64,000 nt of DNA from an uncultured Planctomycetota bacterium (GTDB lineage: Bacteria; Planctomycetota; Phycisphaerae; SM23-33), in assembly GCA_903892515.1 (NCBI GenBank), contig CAITIS010000001.1, positions 13,552 through 77,551 on the forward strand, in the 5' to 3' direction. The notes beneath the pieces are model-generated. The model was not told the DNA's origin. It saw only the letters and a list, made by a program, of their open reading frames with translations, and did not search any database. Both the position numbers and the translations under genes were made by a program. Shown in pieces: positions 46,101 to 55,190 of the stretch (position 1 is the first letter of the stretch; each line of letters starts with the position of its first letter).

Positions 46101-46215
46101 GCTCGCCCCGTGGCACAGCCGCCCCCGGCTGTGAACTTTGCTTCTTTCGTAGCACAGCCGCCCTCGGCTGTGGTCTTTGCTTCTTTCGTAGCACAGCCGC
46201 CCTCGGCTGTGGACT
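46101..46215 (+). terminator. REP-like hairpin array (3 units), copy 4
   Basis: Units 2 and 3 are identical to the 40-mers at 24815-24893; the array lies ~45 nt after the zinc-ribbon gene stop. Confidence 0.6.
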
Positions 46216-46251
46216 TGGCGGCCCCGTCGACGTCTGCTCGCGCGACTCAGC

Positions 46252-47067
46252 CTATTGCTTTGGCTGCGTGGTGGCTGCCTGCTTCTGCTTGGCTATGATC
46301 TGTTTCCACCACCTCCAGGCGACGTCGGGCTTGCGCTCGTGGCTGCCGGGGATTATCTCGATCTTCATGCCGCGGCAGCCGTGGTCGTAGAAGTAGCGAT
46401 ATGCCCGCCAGGAATCGCGCGTGACCACGTCCCACTGGCTGGCCCCGGGGCTCACGCCGGTCCTGCCGAAGTAGATGTATATCTTCAGTCGGCGAAAGGC
46501 GTCGCCGATGGGGATGTCTCCAACCGTGCTGAGATCCCAGTTGACCGATCGGCCAATAATGACCGTGAAGAGTTCGGGGTGCTTCATCACGGTGAAGTAC
46601 ATGGGGTAGCCACCGGCCGAGAATGACGAAATGGCCACGGCCCGTTCGTCGATGCGGTACTTGGCCTTGACCTCCTGCATGCAGGATAGGATGTGCTCGT
46701 CATCGCTGCGCAGGTCGTTCATACGCAGAGGGTGCGGGGCGGGCGTGACGCCCTGCGGGCTGAGCAACTGCGGGGCCAGCACGATGATCTTCTCGTCCTC
46801 GGCCAGGGCCTTCCACTCCTTGATCTGCCGGCTGGAGTCGTCGAAGCCGTGGCTGCCGTGCAGGGTGACCATGAGCGGGTAGGCCTGCTGAGGGTTGTAG
46901 TCGCTGGGGACGTACAGGAAGTACTTGCGCTTGGTCGAGGCGTTGATGAGCTGGATTTCGTCCACCGGCGTGTCCTGCCGCTGCAAGACCGGACAGCCAG
47001 CGCACGCAAGCAGCGCCAGCAACAACGGAACCAACAGGGCCAATGGCGAGGCAAACTTCTTCTGCAT
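46252..47067 (-). CDS. Lipoprotein, alpha/beta-hydrolase (PHB-depolymerase/esterase family)
   Basis: Lipobox LLACAGC; esterase pattern (MVTLHGSHG, SFSAGG). Confidence 0.5.
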   Translation of the reverse strand: MQKKFASPLALLVPLLLALLACAGCPVLQRQDTPVDEIQLINASTKRKYFLYVPSDYNPQQAYPLMVTLHGSHGFDDSSRQIKEWKALAEDEKIIVLAPQLLSPQGVTPAPHPLRMNDLRSDDEHILSCMQEVKAKYRIDERAVAISSFSAGGYPMYFTVMKHPELFTVIIGRSVNWDLSTVGDIPIGDAFRRLKIYIYFGRTGVSPGASQWDVVTRDSWRAYRYFYDHGCRGMKIEIIPGSHERKPDVAWRWWKQIIAKQKQAATTQPKQ

Positions 47068-47293
47068 CGCCATAGTATGGCAACTCTCGCCCTGCAGAGT
47101 CAATCGACCGGTGCAAACAAGCTGCTTGTAACCATGGGCAAAACGCCGTAGGTTTACTCGTCCGTAGCGGTTTTCTCAGCCATGCAAGGAGAAGTGCCAT
47201 GAAAAAGGCCGCTTCCCGCACGACCGCCTCCGTGACGTTTGGCATGGCACATCGAATGCCCATGCAGCATTCACCCGAAAGGAAACTTCTCAC

Positions 47294-48100
47294 ATGTCTG
47301 ATTGTTCCACGCAGAAATACTCAGCCGATTCTCACATAGCCGAAATCTACGATCAGGTTGAGACGCAGTTGGATGACGTTGACCTGATCGTTCGCCTGAT
47401 CGGCCCCAGCACCGGCTTGACCATCTTCGAACCCTTCTGCGGGACCGGGCGGATGCTCATTCCGCTCGCTCGACAGGGGCACCGACTCACCGGCCTGGAT
47501 GAGTCCGCGGCCATGCTGGCGCGGCTCGGTGCCAAGCTTCAGGCCGAACCCGAGACGGTTCGAAATCGAGTCCAGTTGATTCACTCCAGCGTGTTCGCGG
47601 CGCAATGGCCAGCTCAGGTGGATGTCGTATTGCTCGGCGGCAACTGCTGCTACGAAGTCAGTTCCTCCGATGAGCAAAAGGCCTTGATCCACCGGGCCGC
47701 TGCATGCCTCCGTCGGGGCGGGCACGTGTTCATCGATAACGACGATCACCCGTCGGTCGAACTGGCACCGGGTTGGAGGAAGCCGCCCGGCCAGCCCCGT
47801 CGAGCTTTTCCCAGCGGAACGTGCCAGGACGGAACGCGGCTCGAAGGCAGCACCGAGACGGCTTGGTATGACATTCATGGGCGATTCACCCATTACATCC
47901 GCCGCCTCAAGGTGACGCATACCGACGGCAGCATCTCGCACCGCGAATGGCAGGAAACCTGCCATCCCATTGTCCTGGCAGAGGTACTGGCAGCGGTCAA
48001 GCAAGCCGGCTTGGTAGTTGAGCAAACGTTCGGCGACAAGCAAGGCAATCCGTACGGCCCCGGCAGTCCGCGCGCCCTGGTATGGGCCTGTAAGTCCTGA
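47294..48100 (+). CDS. Class I SAM-dependent methyltransferase
   Basis: Motif I FEPFCGTGR; a 45-codon uORF with a strong SD lies upstream (47199-47339). Confidence 0.65.
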   Translation: MSDCSTQKYSADSHIAEIYDQVETQLDDVDLIVRLIGPSTGLTIFEPFCGTGRMLIPLARQGHRLTGLDESAAMLARLGAKLQAEPETVRNRVQLIHSSVFAAQWPAQVDVVLLGGNCCYEVSSSDEQKALIHRAAACLRRGGHVFIDNDDHPSVELAPGWRKPPGQPRRAFPSGTCQDGTRLEGSTETAWYDIHGRFTHYIRRLKVTHTDGSISHREWQETCHPIVLAEVLAAVKQAGLVVEQTFGDKQGNPYGPGSPRALVWACKS

Positions 48101-48254
48101 CAGGCCAGTCAAACACGAACGAAGGAGATGTGGTTATACGCGGGAATTACGGCGATATCAGGTACCTGATATTAGGAAAGACAGGTGTGGTCTAGCCGGC
48201 CCTGTCTTTCCCGATATCTGATATCTAATATCCAATATCGAATCCCGGCCGCTC

Positions 48255-49673
48255 CTACCGCTTGGCCGGCACGGTCTTGTCGCCCATGTTCAGCGTGGCA
48301 CAGAGCTTCTTGGCCTCGCCCACCAGGTAGAAGCTGCCGGTGATGCACAGGATGTCTTCGCGGGTAATGGCGTTGAGAGCGATTCGCATGGCGTCCTTGA
48401 GGTTCTGGGCCACCTGGGCGGTCTTGCCGCTGCGCTCTTCGTAGCGGTCGGCCAGCATTTCGGGCCGGGCGGCGCGGGCAGTGTCGGTCTTGGTGAAGAC
48501 GACCTTGTCGGCCCCGCGCATGATCTGGTCGAGCATGCCGTCGATGTCCTTGTCGGCCGCACAGCCAAAGACCACCACCATCGAGTCGTACGGAACATAC
48601 TGCCCGATCGCCCGCATCAGGGCCTCGACCGACGCGCCATTGTGCGCCCCGTCGACCATGATCCGCGGACTGTCGTTCAAAGTTTCCATCCGGCCTTCGA
48701 GCTTGACCTTGGCCAGTCCGGCCATTGCCTGCCGGTCGTCGATCTTGACGCCCTGGCCCTTAAGCTGGTCCAGCATCGCCAGCGCCAGCCCGCAGTTGAC
48801 GGCCTGATGCTCGCCCATCAGCGGCACGGGCAGGTGCTCGAACTGGCTGTTGGGCGTGGTCAGGCAGATGCGCGTCTGCGGGCCCGTCTCGCGGCTGGAC
48901 TCGAAGCGGAAGCTGAATTCGATGTTCTCGCCCGTAAACAGCAAGGGCGTATTGCTGGCCTTGGCCATCTTCTTCAGCACGGACTTGGCCTCGGCCCGCT
49001 GCGGCACGGACACGGCCGGAACGCCGGACTTGAAGATGCCGGCCTTTTCCGTGGTGATCAATTCAATGGTCGCGCCGAGCTGGTGCATGTGGTCCATGCT
49101 GATGCTCGTCACGCCGCACACCAGCGGCTTTACCACGTTGGTGCTGTCCAGCCGGCCGCCCAGTCCTGTTTCCAGCACGGCCAGGTCCACGCCCTCGTCG
49201 GCGAAGTAGCAGAAGGCGATGGCAGTGAAGATCTCGAAGAAGGTCGGCTTGTCGCGCACCATGTCATCCACGATCGGGGCCACGCGATTGATGTACCGAG
49301 TCAGCGCGGCCTGGGTGATCATGTCGCCATTGATGCGGATACGCTCGCGCAGGTCGATCAAGTGCGGCGAGGTGTACAGCCCGACCTTGTGATCGCACGC
49401 CTGCAACATCGAGGCGAGCATCGTGCACGTCGAACCCTTGCCCTTTGTGCCCGCGACATGCGCGCACCGCAAGCCCTTGTGCGGGTCGCCAAGCTTCTTG
49501 AGCAACCCCTCCATCCTGGATAGACTGAACGTGTCGCGGTTGTACCGCACGCGGAGCATCTGCTCGTAGTCCGTGTGGCTGAAGAGATATCGCAGTGCCG
49601 CATCGTACGTGCGGATAGGTGCCCGGCGAGCCGGTTTAGCCAAGGAGGCCTTGCTGGAGGTTGCACTGACCAT
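48255..49673 (-). CDS. folC: Bifunctional folylpolyglutamate synthase / dihydrofolate synthase
   Basis: Mur-ligase P-loop VAGTKGKGST and FolC-family domain architecture. Confidence 0.85.
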   Translation of the reverse strand: MVSATSSKASLAKPARRAPIRTYDAALRYLFSHTDYEQMLRVRYNRDTFSLSRMEGLLKKLGDPHKGLRCAHVAGTKGKGSTCTMLASMLQACDHKVGLYTSPHLIDLRERIRINGDMITQAALTRYINRVAPIVDDMVRDKPTFFEIFTAIAFCYFADEGVDLAVLETGLGGRLDSTNVVKPLVCGVTSISMDHMHQLGATIELITTEKAGIFKSGVPAVSVPQRAEAKSVLKKMAKASNTPLLFTGENIEFSFRFESSRETGPQTRICLTTPNSQFEHLPVPLMGEHQAVNCGLALAMLDQLKGQGVKIDDRQAMAGLAKVKLEGRMETLNDSPRIMVDGAHNGASVEALMRAIGQYVPYDSMVVVFGCAADKDIDGMLDQIMRGADKVVFTKTDTARAARPEMLADRYEERSGKTAQVAQNLKDAMRIALNAITREDILCITGSFYLVGEAKKLCATLNMGDKTVPAKR

Positions 49674-49801
49674 AATAGTAGTAGTTTATAGATGAATGCC
49701 AATGAACTGTCAAGGCTAACCCGGCCAATTTGGCATGAGTTTAGCACAGGCAGCCCCCTAATCCACGTCCTGACCCGCCCCGTTGGAAGAGATTTCCCCT
49801 A

Positions 49802-50911
49802 TTGCATCGGCTAATCAGCGGCGGTATGTTTACGCCAATTATGGACGCCACCAAGCCAACAGAAGCCTTCAGGACCGCACTTATCGGTGCCGGAGGCTTT
49901 GGCACACATACACTTGCAGCTCTTTGCCAGCTTAGCGGCGTTCGCGTCGTCGGCGTGGGCGATCAAGACTCCGCCGCCGCCTCAGCCGCCGCGGCCGAGG
50001 CTAATTGCCCCGCCTACACCGACCCGCGCCGCCTGCTCGTGGAAACCAAGCCCCAAGCCCTGTTCGCCGCCCTGCCCCCCGGCCCTGCCGGCGACATCGC
50101 CCGGCTTGCCAGCCAGAGGGGCATCCACGTCTGGCGCGAGACTCCTCTTGGCCGGACTCTCGAAGAAGGCGTAGAGCTGTGGCGGATGATGGAACAGGCC
50201 CACCTATGCTTGGCCATCGGCACCCAACGGCGCTTTATGGGCGGATATCGGGCCGCCAAACGCTGGATTGATAAAATAGGCAAGATCTCACTGGCTGACT
50301 GTCACTATTATTTCAATATCGGGCCGATTGGTAGCTGGCGCGGCGACCGTGCTGCCGGCGGCGGCAGTCTGTTGACGCTGGGCTACCACGTGTTCGACTT
50401 GGCCGTCTGGCTGATGGGCTTGCCCGAGACGGTGTACTGCCAAGCCCAGACGGCTGGGAGGCACGCCTCCCCCGAGCCCGTCTACGACACGGACGACTCC
50501 GCCTGCTGCCTGCTGGGCTACCCCGGCAAGGCCACCGTTATGATCTCCGTCAGCCGGCGGCACCACCCCGCCAGCGAGGGCATCGCCCTGTACGGCGAGA
50601 ATGGCTCGATCCTGGCTGAGCCCGGCCGGTGCCTGCTGCGGGACCGCGATGGCGCCGTCATCGACCAGTTCCAGGAAGAGTGCCTGCCGCTGACGGTCTT
50701 CGGCCGGCAGGTGCAGTCGTTCATCCAGGCCGTGCAGGCCGGCGGAGGCATGTACGAGTGCTCGGGGCTGGAAAACCTGCTGACCCTCTCGACCATCGAT
50801 GCAGCCTATCTCTCCGACCGCACCGGCCAGCCCGAATCGCCGGCCGACCTGCTCCGCAGTTTCGACATCCAACCCGCCGACTGCCTGACGCTGGCGCCGA
50901 AGATTGATTGA
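49802..50911 (+). CDS. Gfo/Idh/MocA-family NAD(P)-dependent oxidoreductase
   Basis: N-term Rossmann motif LIGAGGFG. Confidence 0.7.
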   Translation: MHRLISGGMFTPIMDATKPTEAFRTALIGAGGFGTHTLAALCQLSGVRVVGVGDQDSAAASAAAAEANCPAYTDPRRLLVETKPQALFAALPPGPAGDIARLASQRGIHVWRETPLGRTLEEGVELWRMMEQAHLCLAIGTQRRFMGGYRAAKRWIDKIGKISLADCHYYFNIGPIGSWRGDRAAGGGSLLTLGYHVFDLAVWLMGLPETVYCQAQTAGRHASPEPVYDTDDSACCLLGYPGKATVMISVSRRHHPASEGIALYGENGSILAEPGRCLLRDRDGAVIDQFQEECLPLTVFGRQVQSFIQAVQAGGGMYECSGLENLLTLSTIDAAYLSDRTGQPESPADLLRSFDIQPADCLTLAPKID

Positions 50912-51004
50912 GTCGTGAATCCGCTCTTCGTGGATTCGTGAATTCGGCCGGTCATAACCACAAAGGCACCAAGATCACACGAAGGTCACCAAGAGATGAT
51001 TGAC

Positions 51005-51178
51005 TTCGTGCTGCTTGTGCTGTGCTGGCCCGGTGCCGTGATTTGCGCAGCAACCACGTTTGCCCTTTCCTCGCGGCCTCTGTGGCAAAAGCAGTCTGCC
51101 TCTTGCCGTTCCGTTTGTCTCTTGCCGTGCCGCCCTTTGTGCCCTTCGTGATGCCGCTCTTCGTGCCCTTTGTGGTGC
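51005..51178. repeat. Degenerate CTTCGTGCCCTTTGTG-type repeats (same family as the purL/GxxExxY flank)
   Basis: GCCGCCCTTTGTGCCCTTCGTGATGCCGCTCTTCGTGCCCTTTGTGGTG between convergent genes. Confidence 0.55.
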
Positions 51179-51180
51179 TG

Positions 51181-52149
51181 CTACTGCCCGTGCTTTTCCC
51201 AGGCCACGCCGGCGGCGCCGATCATGCCGGCATTGTTGCCCAGTTCGGCCAGCACCAGCTCGGTGTGGACCGGGGCGACTTTCCAATGCTCCTCCACGAA
51301 GAACGCTTTGAGTGGGTCCAGCAGGTCCGCCACGCCGGCCTTGGCCATACCGCCGCCGATGACGATGCGGTCAGGGTCCAGCAGCCGACACAGGCTCACG
51401 CAGCCCATGGCCAGGAAACGCAGCGCCCGATTCCAGGTCTCGATGGCCAGCGCATCACCGGCCTTGCGGCACTCGTTCACGTCGATGGAGTTGATCGTGC
51501 CCTTGGCCTTGAGCCGCTGGGCCAACATGCCATCCTGCCCGGCTTCGATGCGTCTGACCGCGTATTGGGCCAGGTACGTGGCTGAACAGTACCGCTCCAG
51601 ACAGCCGCGCTGGCCGCAGCCACACAACTCACCCTCGGGCTCGACCAGCAGGTGCCCGACCTCGCCGGCCTGGCTGAACGAGCCCCGGTACAGCCGGCGG
51701 TTAATGATAATGCCGCTGCCCACGCCCGTGCCCAGCGTCAGCAGGACCATGTTTTCTATGTCGCGTCCCCCGCCGGCCAGGAACTCGCCCAAGGCGGCGG
51801 CGTTGGCGTCGTTCTCCAGCACGGCTGGCAGTTTCGTCAGAGCGCTCACGCGGTCACGCAGCGGATACATGGTGAAGCCTGGGATGTTCGGCATGCCAAC
51901 GACGATGCCATTCTTGAGATCCAGCGGCCCGGGCGAGCCGATGCCGATGCCGACAATGTCGCCGTGAGAGAGCCCCTGTTCGGCCAGCAGTTCCAGCGCA
52001 TCGCGGGCCATGACCGCCACCACGGCGTCGGGCCCGCCGCCCGCCGGCGTGGGGCTCTGCTTGTCGCGGACGATCTGCCAGTCCCGGCTCACCAGGGCCG
52101 ACTTGATGAACGTTCCGCCCAAGTCGATACCGATGCAATAATCGCGCAT
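51181..52149 (-). CDS. ROK-family glucokinase
   Basis: IGIDLGGT ATP-binding N-terminus; ROK zinc motif GHLLVEPEGELCGCGQRGCLE. Confidence 0.8.
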   Translation of the reverse strand: MRDYCIGIDLGGTFIKSALVSRDWQIVRDKQSPTPAGGGPDAVVAVMARDALELLAEQGLSHGDIVGIGIGSPGPLDLKNGIVVGMPNIPGFTMYPLRDRVSALTKLPAVLENDANAAALGEFLAGGGRDIENMVLLTLGTGVGSGIIINRRLYRGSFSQAGEVGHLLVEPEGELCGCGQRGCLERYCSATYLAQYAVRRIEAGQDGMLAQRLKAKGTINSIDVNECRKAGDALAIETWNRALRFLAMGCVSLCRLLDPDRIVIGGGMAKAGVADLLDPLKAFFVEEHWKVAPVHTELVLAELGNNAGMIGAAGVAWEKHGQ

Positions 52150-52261
52150 GCGTCATCCTTCCAAGGAAAGGGCAGACTATCCCCGCTGCGGCCCGGAAAT
52201 GCAAGATGCGGTTCGGGGCTGCTATACCAGTGTCTGAGTGCGCTTCCTGGCCGCCCGGATT

Positions 52262-52455
52262 TGTCGTGTAACAGGCCCCAGCTTCAGCTGGGGTACCAGG
52301 TGGCCGACAGACGCAATCAGCCCGGTTCACCGGGCTTGAGGCTGTGCCTTGAGGCAATGGCTCAAGCCGCAAAACGTTAAGCCCGTTGAAACGGGCTGGC
52401 AGAATGTGGGGCAATCCGCTTTACCCCGGCTAAAGCCGGGGCCTGTTACACAGCG
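52262..52455. other. ~195-nt element closed by a perfect 14-bp inverted repeat (GTGTAACAGGCCCC / GGGGCCTGTTACAC) with at least five internal GC hairpins; candidate structured ncRNA or MITE
   Basis: Hairpins CCCCAGCTTCAGCTGGGG, CCCGGTTCACCGGG, GCCCGTTGAAACGGGC and CCCCGGCTAAAGCCGGGG lie between ROK and the GH-like gene. Confidence 0.4.
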
Positions 52456-52506
52456 TCACCACAGTCTGAGACAAAGCACGTTCTGCCAAGAGTACTAGTC
52501 ACACAC

Positions 52507-54291
52507 CTATACCACGTCCATGCTGGTCATCGCATGCCAGCCATCGACCTTCTCGCCCTTGATCGCCAGCCACACCTTGGGCTTGTTTGCCTCGTCCAGG
52601 ATGGCCAGGTCGAGCTTCACCTCGCCCTTCTTGAAGCCTGCGGGCATGAGGATATTTTCTTCAAACCATGTGTGGCCCGGCAGCCAAGTACGAATGTCCT
52701 GCTTGAAGCGGACGATCTTGCTCAGCTTGCCTTGGCGGAAGCGCAGGGCCAGCGCGTACTGCCGGTAGATCGGGGCACAGCCCACGTTGTCGATGAAGAA
52801 CTGCACGTTGACCTTCTTGCCCGGGGCGCTTTGCAGCGGCAAGCGCATCTGCCGGAGGGCGAAGCGATAGCCGATCTTCTTTTCGAACTCGCTGAGCTTG
52901 GCCAGGAACTTCTGCGGGAAGAACGCGCTCTTGGGCATGAACACCGACATGTGATAGCGGAAGCCCTCGCGCATGATCACGTCCAGGTCCAGGTCGCTCA
53001 TGAACCACGTGGCCACGTTGCCGCAGGTCTCCATCGTCACCGGCGCCCGCATCCAGGCGTCCTTGGCGCCGACCTTCTGGATCTCCATCGGATAGGCGTC
53101 GAAGGTGTGGTTCCAGTTGAGCCCTGCCGGTACGCCGGGGGCGACCCAGGTCTTGAGATCGCCAAAGCAGTCGGCCCGCCACCCGACGGGACGGGCGGTA
53201 TGGCCGGTCCTGGTCTGGGCGTGCTTGCTGCCGGGCGTGCCCAGCATCGACAGCAGTTGCGTCTTCTTGAAACTGGCGAGGTATATGTCCGTCAGCTTGC
53301 AGGCCGTCTGGGCGGTGGAGTTGCCGCCGCTCTCGCCCCAGAAGCCGGCATACGCCATATCGACGCTCTCCAGGTCGGGATGCCCGTCGTAGCGCTTAGC
53401 GAAGGCGCGGATGAACTCGCCAAAGTGCTTGAGGTAGAGCGGATCGTTGCTGTCCGGCTCGTGAGGAGCGTACGTGCCGACTTCCACCCACTTTCCGCCG
53501 GTGTCCCAGTACCAGTCGGGCACGTTGACGCTCTTTTCCGGCGGGTGCCGCTTGGCCGTGCAGGGCGTGACGTCGTAGTTCACGCGAGTCGTGTACGGCT
53601 GGAAGCGCGTTTGCAGCGTCTGGCCACGGGCGTGGGCAACTGCCAGGGCCTGGTCCACGATCTTCCAGTTGTACTTGCCCTTCTTGGGTTCGAGGTACGC
53701 CCAAGGCCAGCGGCAGTAGGACAATGTTGTCTGCGCGATGTACTTGACGTTGTCCGTGGCCGGGGCGGAAAGATCGACTTCCAGCGGGCCGTGAGTATCG
53801 CTGGTGGCCCAGGCGGCGTAAGTGGGATCGCCCTGGAAGCGTTGGAACGTGGTCGTGCCGCGATGCGGGTTGTGAATGTACTCGTCGCTCTCAACTGGCC
53901 TGACGCGCTGAATCTCCTGCGTGGCGTCGTAGCCGTCGCGCCAGCGCTTCATGGCAATGCGCTTGGGCTTGGGGGCCTCGGCGGCCTTGATGACTGCCTG
54001 CAGCGTCAGCATGGCTTCGGGAAGCTTGACCGCCAGCGTGCCGGGATAGTCCTTGTCGAAGACTTCGCGCCAGCGGGCGGCCTTGGTCGGGGCCTGCTCG
54101 GTGAAGGCCGGCAGCTCCTGGAAGGTCTCCATCAGCCGGCGCGTGCGCGCGTTGCGGCCAAAGAGTTCCTGCCAGAAGGCCTTGGTCTGGCAGCCTTGGG
54201 GCATGGTCTTGGCCACGTCGGGCATGGCGGCCAGGAGGCTGAGGATTCTGTCAATGACCTGTTTGGACGTAAGTATGATGGGCTTGCTCAT
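52507..54291 (-). CDS. Putative clan GH-A TIM-barrel glycoside hydrolase (GH42/DUF4832-like), cytoplasmic
   Basis: Pattern PWAYLEPKKGKYNWKIVDQALAVAHARG resembles the GH42/GH35 N-terminal barrel; the start is set at MSKPIIL. Confidence 0.4.
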   Translation of the reverse strand: MSKPIILTSKQVIDRILSLLAAMPDVAKTMPQGCQTKAFWQELFGRNARTRRLMETFQELPAFTEQAPTKAARWREVFDKDYPGTLAVKLPEAMLTLQAVIKAAEAPKPKRIAMKRWRDGYDATQEIQRVRPVESDEYIHNPHRGTTTFQRFQGDPTYAAWATSDTHGPLEVDLSAPATDNVKYIAQTTLSYCRWPWAYLEPKKGKYNWKIVDQALAVAHARGQTLQTRFQPYTTRVNYDVTPCTAKRHPPEKSVNVPDWYWDTGGKWVEVGTYAPHEPDSNDPLYLKHFGEFIRAFAKRYDGHPDLESVDMAYAGFWGESGGNSTAQTACKLTDIYLASFKKTQLLSMLGTPGSKHAQTRTGHTARPVGWRADCFGDLKTWVAPGVPAGLNWNHTFDAYPMEIQKVGAKDAWMRAPVTMETCGNVATWFMSDLDLDVIMREGFRYHMSVFMPKSAFFPQKFLAKLSEFEKKIGYRFALRQMRLPLQSAPGKKVNVQFFIDNVGCAPIYRQYALALRFRQGKLSKIVRFKQDIRTWLPGHTWFEENILMPAGFKKGEVKLDLAILDEANKPKVWLAIKGEKVDGWHAMTSMDVV

Positions 54292-54449
54292 GCCCACCAA
54301 GGTAACGGACTCTGCGATTCGTGCAATGAAAAACAGGCTCCCCTTGGGAGCGAAAGCCTGACACGCCGGCCAGCAGCCCCCCACAAGCATCTTGGTTTTC
54401 GCCGAGGCGGTCTCGTAGCAATGCCGCTCTCGGCGTTATGGTCCCAGCC

Positions 54450-54869
54450 TCAATCGATGGAGTACGCCGGAGCGACGCCTGGCAACGCCATGTTCGCCGC
54501 TGCCTCCACCAGTTCGTCCAGTGCAAAGGGTTTCTTGAGGCACGTGATATGGCGATTTGTCCACTTCACAATAGCCGGGTTTTCCAGGTCCTGTCCGGTC
54601 AGGACGAGCGTGCGCCGCAGCAGGCCTGGGTCCGTGGCGCGAATATACTCGAGCACCTTGAAACCGTCGGGCTGGGGCATCGTCAGATCCAGGATCACGA
54701 GATCGAACTTCATCAGGGCGAAGAGGCTGATCGCGGATGTGCCGGAATTGACCGGTACGACGAAGGCCCCCTCATCCACCAGCACTTCTGCCACCAAAGA
54801 GGAAACATCGGGCTGATCGTCCACCATGAGAATTTGCAGGCTTCTGAGGATTCCGTTCTTGGCTATCAT
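54450..54869 (-). CDS. Single-domain CheY-like response regulator (REC)
   Basis: ILMVDDQ...VILDLTMP...KKPF. Confidence 0.7.
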   Translation of the reverse strand: MIAKNGILRSLQILMVDDQPDVSSLVAEVLVDEGAFVVPVNSGTSAISLFALMKFDLVILDLTMPQPDGFKVLEYIRATDPGLLRRTLVLTGQDLENPAIVKWTNRHITCLKKPFALDELVEAAANMALPGVAPAYSID

Positions 54870-55062
54870 ATCTGGTCTCTTTTATAAATAGATTGACCAT
54901 AGCCGTTATCGGCCCATCCGTAAGCCCTTGCATGTTACTCCGTTACGGTGCTGCCTGGTCATGTACGCGCGAGCGACACAGCCTACGAGTCCCGCAATTG
55001 CCACCTTCTTTCTGTCCGGTCTTCCTGCCGGATGCGCTGGGCGTCCCCGTGCCTTCAAGTGC

Positions 55063-55190
55063 GGTTTCATAACCGTGGCACGCCCGCCCTCGGGCGTGAG
55101 ACCGCCGAAAGGCATCGATATGACTGCAAAAGCCACAGCCGGGAGCGGCTGTGCCACGGGTGAAACCGGTTATGAAACCGGTTCTAGAAG
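55063..55190. mobile_element. MITE-like element copy B with 12-bp terminal inverted repeats GGTTTCATAACC / GGTTATGAAACC
   Basis: Perfect TIRs; internal hairpins GCCCGCCCTCGGGCG and CCACAGCCGGGAGCGGCTGTG; the right end overlaps the stop of the hybrid HK gene. Confidence 0.55.

Noticed and set aside
54906-55157. 83-aa ORF MAQPLPAVAF...TPEGGRATVMKP
   Set aside because: It lies entirely within the MITE-like element and the intergenic hairpins. The matching peptide at the 40891 fragment simply reflects DNA repeat identity.
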